Source of the DNA: Chloroflexota bacterium
GTDB taxonomy: Bacteria; Chloroflexota; Anaerolineae; Promineifilales; Promineifilaceae
DNA: 64,000 nt
Reading direction: 5' to 3'
Assembly (NCBI GenBank): GCA_020629055.1
Contig: JAHDEB010000006.1
Location: forward strand, 11,612-75,611
Shown here: positions 57,813 to 64,000 of the stretch, in pieces
Layout: each line of letters begins with the position of its first letter
Position numbering within the stretch: the stretch's first letter is position 1
Notes under the pieces: generated by a model
Database searches by the model: none
The model's input: the letters and a program-made list of their open reading frames with translations, nothing else
What the model was told of the DNA's origin: nothing
Made by a program: the position numbers and the translations under genes

Positions 57813-60800
57813 ATGGAAATTCTTGAGCGAATCCGCAATTTCGAGGTCCAAGACGAAGTGAGCCAGGCTGTTTATCAACGTGGGATTGACTACCACAAAC
57901 AGCGTCTTGTGCGCCTTGTGTCAAGCTCTGAAAATCAAATTTCTTTGCAGGTGATGGGGAATGAGCTCTATACAGTAGATTTTTACTTAAAGAAAAACAG
58001 GTTTAACTACGAATGTAGCTGTCCAGCGTATTACAACTGGGGTACGTGCAAGCATATCGTTGCATCTGACTTATTTGTCAAAAATAGCAATCCTGCCGTC
58101 TTTGTCCCAACAGAAGAGCCCGGAGATGTTTCTTTTGATCAAATCTTAGCCAATGGTCGGACATTTTTAGGCGGTTCGGCCGGCAGTTCGCTCGAAGACG
58201 ATAGTGTCGCTGGATGGCTTTTGATTTTGTCTTTGCGCGCTCATGTTTGGTCAGAATTTTATGAGCCCGTTTATATGATGATGGATCTGCATGATGCTCC
58301 TCACGGCGTAACAAAAGGGCGGAAGAATAGCCTGCCACGCCGTATTCATGAATACCTTGAGGAAGAGCCTGGGCGAAAGGGGCGTTTACGGCCGTTAACT
58401 CAGGGAGTTGATCCGGCCGCCTGTGCCAATGCCTCTTGGCCCCATATCCATTCGATCTTAAGAGAAATCAAAAAAGGGGCTAAAGGCTATTTAACTGCGC
58501 GTGACATGGAGAGTATGGCAAGCTTCTCTATCCCGGTTTTTTTAGGTGACGATGATGACCCTGTAGCCCAGCCACTTTTTTGGGATGTAGAAACCTATGA
58601 AATTGAATTTCTAATTGAAAAAACTGTAGATGGTGTTCAATTTACCCCTTCTTTAAACGGGCAACTGCTGTGTCAAGGTGAAGGATGGGGGAGTGGAAAG
58701 ATATTTGATCCGAATAGATATTGGGTTTTATTAGATGACCAGATCACCCGTTGCCATAGCAAGCTTTCAGGTGACCTCATCACTGTTCTTGATGAGGTAG
58801 CCCGTGTCACTTATTCGCCCGGTGATGAAACGGTCTTTTTTGACCATTATTTCGATTTGATGCTGCCTCACATCAAGTTAACGGGCAAAAATTTGCAACA
58901 GGTTGATGTGGACCCGATATGGCCTACGTTGCAATTTATGATATTGGAAACGCAATCTGAAGAGGGAGACGAACCAGACATATTGCTCCAAGCTAGTTTT
59001 AGCTATGGAAATTACTCGATTGATTGGTCTGATCAAATGCAATTCCATTTTTGGCGAATTGGGGATTATGATCTGCAATCCGATGTTTCCCTTTTGCGCG
59101 TTCAACGGAACATGCATGCGGAAACGGATTTTTTGAAAGGGTTTGATCACCGGAAATATGGCTTAAACCGAGCAAAACAATATGGGGCTGGCTTTTTTAA
59201 GCTAAAGAGAGGGTTAGCCACGGCCGAGTTTTTGCTTGGTGTTGCACCTAAGCTGACCGCAGACGGTTACCCACTGTTTGGGGAAGTGAATTTGCAGCAT
59301 CATCGTGTGAATCATGAGAGGCCAACGGTTGAAATAGACGTGGTGTCATACACCGATTGGTTTGACCTGCGGCCGTTGATTCAATTTGGAGACATTCCTG
59401 TTTCGATTGAGCAAATCAAGCTAGCGGTCAAGAAAAAAGAGCCTTATGTGGTGCTAACCGACGGCTCTACGGGGCAGATTCCAGAAGAATGGTTTGATCA
59501 ATTACGGCCGATGTTCGGGTTAGGAGAACAGGTCGATGACGTTTTTCGCTTCTCTGAACAACAAGTTTTAGTGATTGATAAACTTCTAGAAGTTGCAGAT
59601 GTTGCTTCCCCTGATCAACATTTCAGCGAGCGTCTGGCTGACCTGCAAAACTTTGAGGGGATAGCAGAGATGGAGCTGTCGTGGGCCTTCACAGGCCAAT
59701 TACGACCTTATCAAAAGGCTGGTTACAACTGGCTCCATTTTCTGCGAGACTACGGATATTGCGGCATTTTGGCCGATGATATGGGGCTAGGCAAGACGGT
59801 GCAGGTGTTGGCATTTTTGCAAGCCTGTCGTGACTTAGAAGATGACCCAAAGCCCCCAGATTTAATTGTGATGCCAAGATCGCTGCTTTTTAATTGGCAG
59901 CGAGAGGCGGAGCGATTTACACCTAATCTGAGCACGATGATTTATTATGGCAATCAGCGTAAGCGACTACTAGAAAGTTTGCCTGATGTTGACTTGGTAT
60001 TTTCAACCTATGGAACCGTCTTTAGGGATATTGAGCTACTTCAAGAGTATGATTTTAATACGATTGTTTTAGACGAATCCCAGGCGATAAAAAATCCTTC
60101 CGCGAAGACGAGCCGAGCCATTCGCCTGCTAAAAGGGGCGAATCGGTTGGCGATGACCGGAACACCGGTTGAAAATACAACGATGGAATTATGGTCTCAG
60201 TTCGCTTACCTAATGCCTGGGTATTTGGGTAATCAGACCTATTTTCGGGAAGAATTTCGTACCCCTATTGAAAATAAAGGGAACCGAGAGGTTGCCAAGA
60301 CATTGCATCATATCATCCGGCCGTTTGTGATGCGCCGTACCAAAGAACAGGTGGCACTTGATCTGCCATCCCGCACAGAAGAGGTGATTTACCTAGAAAT
60401 GGAGCCAAATCAGCGAAGGCTGTATAACAAGGTGCGAGAGCAGTATCGAGCGGAATTGCTGGGTATGATTGAATCGGGGCAATTAGAACAGTCTCGTTTG
60501 GTGATGTTGACGGGACTTTTGCGTTTGCGGCAAATCTGTTTGCACCCTCGATTGGTCCAGCCTGAATTTAAGGGGGATGCGGCGAAATTTTTGTTTCTAC
60601 AAGATGCCTTAGAGGAGTTGGAGGCAAACAATCACCGAGCACTCATATTTTCACAGTTTACCAGTGCGCTTGATTTGATCGAGAGCGGCTTGAACGAAGT
60701 CGGTTTTCCGAATGTCCGTATAGATGGGTCGACGCGAAATAGGCAAAAGGTTGTTGATCAATTTCAAGAATCAGACCAAGTACCGTTTTTCTTGTTGAGT

Positions 60801-61085
60801 TTAAAGGCGGCCGGGGTTGGCCTGAATCTAACTGCGGCCGATTACGTTATTTTAATGGACCCATGGTGGAATCCTGCTGTCGAACGTCAGGCGATCGATC
60901 GAGCATATCGTATTGGCCAAACAAAGCCGGTTTTTGTTTACCGACTGATCGTACGTGACTCTGTTGAGGAAAAGGTGCTAAAAATGCAGGCACACAAACA
61001 GGAAATAGCGGACCAACTGATTCAGACAGAAGAGAGTTTTTCGAAGAGATTGTCGGCCGAGGATATTAAATCACTCTTCAGCTAA
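57813..61085 (+). CDS. SWIM zinc-finger / SNF2-family DNA-dependent ATPase (helicase-like)
   Basis: N-terminal SWIM CSCPAYYNWGTCKH. SNF2 motifs LADDMGLGKT (I), VLDESQAIKN (II, DExQ) and MTGTPVEN (III). C-terminal helicase domain LLSLKAAGVGLNLTAADYVILMDPWWNPAVERQAIDRAYRIGQ. Confidence 0.85.
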   Translation: MEILERIRNFEVQDEVSQAVYQRGIDYHKQRLVRLVSSSENQISLQVMGNELYTVDFYLKKNRFNYECSCPAYYNWGTCKHIVASDLFVKNSNPAVFVPTEEPGDVSFDQILANGRTFLGGSAGSSLEDDSVAGWLLILSLRAHVWSEFYEPVYMMMDLHDAPHGVTKGRKNSLPRRIHEYLEEEPGRKGRLRPLTQGVDPAACANASWPHIHSILREIKKGAKGYLTARDMESMASFSIPVFLGDDDDPVAQPLFWDVETYEIEFLIEKTVDGVQFTPSLNGQLLCQGEGWGSGKIFDPNRYWVLLDDQITRCHSKLSGDLITVLDEVARVTYSPGDETVFFDHYFDLMLPHIKLTGKNLQQVDVDPIWPTLQFMILETQSEEGDEPDILLQASFSYGNYSIDWSDQMQFHFWRIGDYDLQSDVSLLRVQRNMHAETDFLKGFDHRKYGLNRAKQYGAGFFKLKRGLATAEFLLGVAPKLTADGYPLFGEVNLQHHRVNHERPTVEIDVVSYTDWFDLRPLIQFGDIPVSIEQIKLAVKKKEPYVVLTDGSTGQIPEEWFDQLRPMFGLGEQVDDVFRFSEQQVLVIDKLLEVADVASPDQHFSERLADLQNFEGIAEMELSWAFTGQLRPYQKAGYNWLHFLRDYGYCGILADDMGLGKTVQVLAFLQACRDLEDDPKPPDLIVMPRSLLFNWQREAERFTPNLSTMIYYGNQRKRLLESLPDVDLVFSTYGTVFRDIELLQEYDFNTIVLDESQAIKNPSAKTSRAIRLLKGANRLAMTGTPVENTTMELWSQFAYLMPGYLGNQTYFREEFRTPIENKGNREVAKTLHHIIRPFVMRRTKEQVALDLPSRTEEVIYLEMEPNQRRLYNKVREQYRAELLGMIESGQLEQSRLVMLTGLLRLRQICLHPRLVQPEFKGDAAKFLFLQDALEELEANNHRALIFSQFTSALDLIESGLNEVGFPNVRIDGSTRNRQKVVDQFQESDQVPFFLLSLKAAGVGLNLTAADYVILMDPWWNPAVERQAIDRAYRIGQTKPVFVYRLIVRDSVEEKVLKMQAHKQEIADQLIQTEESFSKRLSAEDIKSLFS

Positions 61086-61212
61086 CGAAAATTTAAAAAG
61101 TCTGCTAGAATTACGAGTCTCCAAAGTTAATTTGGGGCTATGCTAAAAATAAACATAGCGAACCGATTTCGATCTGTTCGATAAATTCAAAAAAAATAAA
61201 GAGAGCTAGGTT

Positions 61213-61467
61213 ATGTCAGATATTGAACTTCCAATCAGTGAGGAACTTTTTGAAATTTTGCGTTGCCCGCAAGCTGTGCAAGAGCGGGAAAAATATGGAG
61301 ATGATCCAGGGGTGCTTCGCATTGTTAAAAATAGCTGGCTTGTATCGGATGATTCCGGCTTAAAATACCCAATTCGTGAAGGCATCCCGGTCATGTTGAT
61401 CGAAGAAGGGGAAAAGTGGAAAGGAACATCTGATGATGATTTGCCAGTTCCTCCCCCAGCTGAATAA
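61213..61467 (+). CDS. Trm112/UPF0434 family small protein
   Basis: 84 aa with LFEILRCP...LKYPIREGIPVMLIEE, typical of the family. Confidence 0.65.
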   Translation: MSDIELPISEELFEILRCPQAVQEREKYGDDPGVLRIVKNSWLVSDDSGLKYPIREGIPVMLIEEGEKWKGTSDDDLPVPPPAE

Positions 61468-61646
61468 AGGCTTGAGTTCCTCATTATTCAGTCTCATCAG
61501 TTAACAGCAGTACTTCGTTTTCCGGTGTAAAGTTGCCTTTTGGGCGGTGCCGTGCCGTGAGCAATAGCACCTGCAGCAGGCAATGAAAAGTGACTTGGCC
61601 GTTTTTGCATAAGAATGCATTTAGTCAAATCATAAAATATAAAAGC

Positions 61647-62021
61647 ATGAAGAAAGTTCTATACGTTGAAGACAATCGAGCCAACCGCATCTTAATTGGA
61701 CGCTTATTGGATAGTCGATACGATTTGGTTTTTGCAGAAGATGGGGAGACCGGTTTGCGTCTTGCCGAAGAAATAAAACCAGATTTGATTTTGATGGATA
61801 TCGGTTTGCCTGATTTTGATGGTCAGACCGTTGGTGCCATGATCCGACAAATTCCAGAATTAAAAGATGTGCGTATTGTGGCATTAACCGCATGGCCAGA
61901 AGCGGCTGTCTCCGAGCTTGTTTCTCGCTATAATTTCAACGGTAGCATCTCAAAACCAATTGATGTTTCCACTTTCCCTGCGCTGGTCGAATCGTACTTA
62001 CAAGATTCAGCTCCAAATTAA
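61647..62021 (+). CDS. Single-domain response regulator (CheY-like receiver)
   Basis: MKKVLYVEDN, phospho-acceptor context LILMDIGLPDFDG, ALTA and K in SKPI. The ATG at 61647 is preferred over the GTG at 61590. Confidence 0.8.
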   Translation: MKKVLYVEDNRANRILIGRLLDSRYDLVFAEDGETGLRLAEEIKPDLILMDIGLPDFDGQTVGAMIRQIPELKDVRIVALTAWPEAAVSELVSRYNFNGSISKPIDVSTFPALVESYLQDSAPN

Positions 62022-62077
62022 CGTTTGGTAGGGGCATTCTCATCATAACTTCTGCTATCAATTATTCAATTGAAGAA

Positions 62078-62896
62078 TTGACCGACGCCTATAATCAAAC
62101 TCGGCAAGATTACATTGTTCCGATGCCGATGACACCTGTCCGGCTAAAAGAATATGTAGAGACTTACGATGTTGATCTTGCTGCATCTTGTGTGGTGTTG
62201 GACACAGATGATACGGAGCTTATTATCGGTCTTGGCATGCTGGGTAGACGTCACAATCGATCTTGGATCACACGTGTAGGGGTCTTGCCTTATACGCGAA
62301 AAATGGGGGCTGGTAGCGATATCATTTCAAAGCTCGTTGAGGATAGCATCGCATTGGGGCATGAATTTACATGGCTTGAAGTCATTCATGGTAACAAGCC
62401 GGCCCATCGATTGTTTTTGAAAAATAAGTTCAAACAAACACGTGAGCTCATGGTTCTTCGGCGGCCGCCGGGTACAAAGGTTGTGGATAGCCATTTGATT
62501 CCCTGCCCAGCCAAAGTTGTAAATGTTGACCGAGACGCAGCTATTGAAGAATTTGCGGCCGATGACAACGTGCCTAATTGGCTGAATCAACCCGAAACAT
62601 TTAAAAATATAGAGAATCTGTCAATTAAGCAATTGACATTTTCGGAGGGTTGGAAAGGACGCGTTTTTTATGAAAAAACCGCCTTGCAGCTTAAACGAGT
62701 CATTGTTCAAGTTCTATCTGGTCCACCCGAGCAGGTGACGGCCGCTGTCTTGGCCTGGTTGCATCAGCAGTTCCCTGTACCAGATGCTGTTTGTGAGAAT
62801 TTTGAGGTAAATGACCCCCGTATTCAAGGGTATTTAAGAGCTGGCTACTTTGAATCATTTAGGCGGATCGAAATGGTCCGACACAATCAAATCTAA
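62078..62896 (+). CDS. GNAT-family N-acetyltransferase (two-lobed)
   Basis: Motif A-like RVGVLPYTRKMGAGSDIISKL followed by ...AHRLFLKNKF. TTG start, so the N-terminus is uncertain. Confidence 0.55.
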   Translation: MTDAYNQTRQDYIVPMPMTPVRLKEYVETYDVDLAASCVVLDTDDTELIIGLGMLGRRHNRSWITRVGVLPYTRKMGAGSDIISKLVEDSIALGHEFTWLEVIHGNKPAHRLFLKNKFKQTRELMVLRRPPGTKVVDSHLIPCPAKVVNVDRDAAIEEFAADDNVPNWLNQPETFKNIENLSIKQLTFSEGWKGRVFYEKTALQLKRVIVQVLSGPPEQVTAAVLAWLHQQFPVPDAVCENFEVNDPRIQGYLRAGYFESFRRIEMVRHNQI

Positions 62897-62907
62897 TAGG
62901 TGAGAAA

Positions 62908-63873
62908 ATGGCAGAAAGCTACCCTGAATTAACCCCGGCTAACGTAGGTGTCGCAATGGATCTGCTGCGAGGCGTTGTGAATCAAACACCGGTTATGACC
63001 TCGAGCACACTTGATGCAAGGGTGGGTGGGTCGGTTTTTTTAAAGTGTGAAAACTTTCAAAAAATTGGCGCTTTTAAATTTCGCGGTGCATATCATGCAT
63101 TGTCTAAGTTAGATCCGAAGTTGGCCGCCAAAGGTGTGATCGCGCATTCCAGTGGAAATCATGCCCAGGGTGTCGCCTTGGCGGCAAAGATGTTAGGAAT
63201 TCAAGCTACAATCGTTATGCCTGAAGATTCCACACCGGTAAAAATGGCAGCAACGGCCGGGTATGGTGCGACTGTTGTGAAGTCAACGGCGCGAGAACGT
63301 GAACAAGTATCGGCCGAGCTTGCAGCAAAACATGGGTACACCCTTATCCATCCTTACGACAATAGCGACATTATTTTGGGGCAAGGGACCGCGGCATGGG
63401 AACTGTTCGATCAGATTGGTGAGTTAGACTATCTATTTGTGCCAACCGGAGGTGGAGGCTTGACGGCCGGTTGTGCGCTAGCCGCCGCCGCAAAATCCCC
63501 ATCTTGCAAAGTGATTGGTGTAGAGCCGGTATCTGGTGACGATGCCGGCCGATCGTGGCGATCATGTGAGGTGGTTTCATTAGATCGAGTGCCGGATACC
63601 ATGGCTGATGGTGTGCGCACCCGCTTCATTGGCGAACGGAACTTGGCGGTTATGTTGGAACACGTTGCTGATATGACAACCGCAACTGAAGACCAAATAT
63701 TAGAAGCACTCCAATTCATTTGGTCACGAATGAAAGTTATTGTTGAGCCCAGCTCTGCCTTGGCACTCGCTCCTGTCTTGTCGGGCAATTACGATGTGCA
63801 GAATTCACGGGTCGGTATCCTGATTTCTGGTGGAAACGTCAACGTCCCTGGTGAAGAAATGTTCATTAGTTAA
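62908..63873 (+). CDS. PLP-dependent serine/threonine dehydratase family (fold-type II; threonine ammonia-lyase / serine racemase-like)
   Basis: PLP-lysine motif ENFQKIGAFKFRGA, SSGNHAQG and PTGGGGLTAG. Confidence 0.8.
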   Translation: MAESYPELTPANVGVAMDLLRGVVNQTPVMTSSTLDARVGGSVFLKCENFQKIGAFKFRGAYHALSKLDPKLAAKGVIAHSSGNHAQGVALAAKMLGIQATIVMPEDSTPVKMAATAGYGATVVKSTAREREQVSAELAAKHGYTLIHPYDNSDIILGQGTAAWELFDQIGELDYLFVPTGGGGLTAGCALAAAAKSPSCKVIGVEPVSGDDAGRSWRSCEVVSLDRVPDTMADGVRTRFIGERNLAVMLEHVADMTTATEDQILEALQFIWSRMKVIVEPSSALALAPVLSGNYDVQNSRVGILISGGNVNVPGEEMFIS

Positions 63874-63907
63874 TTTCACTTTAAATTAAAAAGGTTTTTG
63901 TAAAAAG

Positions 63908-63936
63908 TTGACTCTGTAGCCGACATTATGTATATT
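63908..63936 (+). promoter_or_regulatory. Candidate sigma70-type promoter reading out of the window
   Basis: TTGACT (63908-63913), a 17-nt spacer, then TATATT (63931-63936). Confidence 0.35.
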
Positions 63937-64000
63937 TATTGGCCGAACCTAAATAGATTTTTACATAAAAACCCGGTCTTCTGCACGGTATGAATTGATC

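Noticed and set aside
57048-61085. Membrane protein plus SWIM-SNF2 helicase as an anti-phage defence module
   Set aside because: No nuclease, methyltransferase, PLD, DUF or other partner gene typical of SNF2-containing defence systems is adjacent. The flanks are housekeeping or regulatory genes with no mobile-element signatures. SWIM-SNF2 proteins are widespread stand-alone chromosomal genes.
1-64000. CRISPR arrays, tRNA or rRNA genes, IS elements, integrases or prophage genes
   Set aside because: No spaced direct-repeat arrays, cloverleaf-like segments in the intergenic regions, or transposase or integrase-like translations were seen. Only short local repeats occur, such as ACTCATCGTA x2 at about 2255-2274.

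Overview
The window is 64 kb of bacterial chromosome, moderately AT-rich (mid-40s % G+C by eye, not computed) and over 90% coding. I saw no rRNA, tRNA, CRISPR array, transposase or integrase.

Layout:
- 1-7.6 kb: the 3' part of an aldehyde:ferredoxin oxidoreductase gene, galT, an NRPS-like A-T-TE gene and a Wzy_C/TPR membrane protein. The last three are on the minus strand.
- 7.8-53.1 kb: one very large cell-surface glycan assembly locus, all on the plus strand, with many 1-23 nt gene overlaps. It holds about 14 glycosyl or phosphoglycosyl transferases (3 GT2, 8 GT4-like, 2 GT-C/PMT-like, 1 WbaP-type primer). It also holds a Wzm/Wzt ABC exporter, a second Wzy_C protein, a Wzz-BY-kinase fusion, two heptose-pathway enzymes and a cobalamin-type radical SAM enzyme. 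Further members are two paralogous BNR (sialidase-fold) exported proteins, an AsnB-like amidotransferase, a methyltransferase, a GlpD-family flavoenzyme with an SDR, and hydrolases. An ACP / SDR / AMP-ligase / hexapeptide-acyltransferase cassette completes it.
- 53.1-64 kb: housekeeping and regulatory genes. These are a CHMI-like isomerase, a non-pyrrolysine MttB-family methyltransferase, a histidine kinase with a CxxCH sensor domain, a SWIM-SNF2 helicase, Trm112, a CheY-like receiver, a GNAT and a serine/threonine dehydratase.

Most notable observations:
1. The palindromic hexamer CGGCCG occurs about 90 times by hand count. That is roughly ten-fold above the composition expectation, it falls in all codon phases, and it resembles a HIP1-type iterated palindrome.
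2. The glycan locus mixes hallmarks of pathways that are normally alternative, and has no recognisable Wzx or OPX.
3. Two membrane-anchored BNR propeller proteins are translationally coupled to the ABC exporter.
4. An intact 1,053-aa NRPS-like protein appears to have degenerate key catalytic motifs in all three domains.

All functional calls rest on motif reading of the supplied translations. No database search was run.
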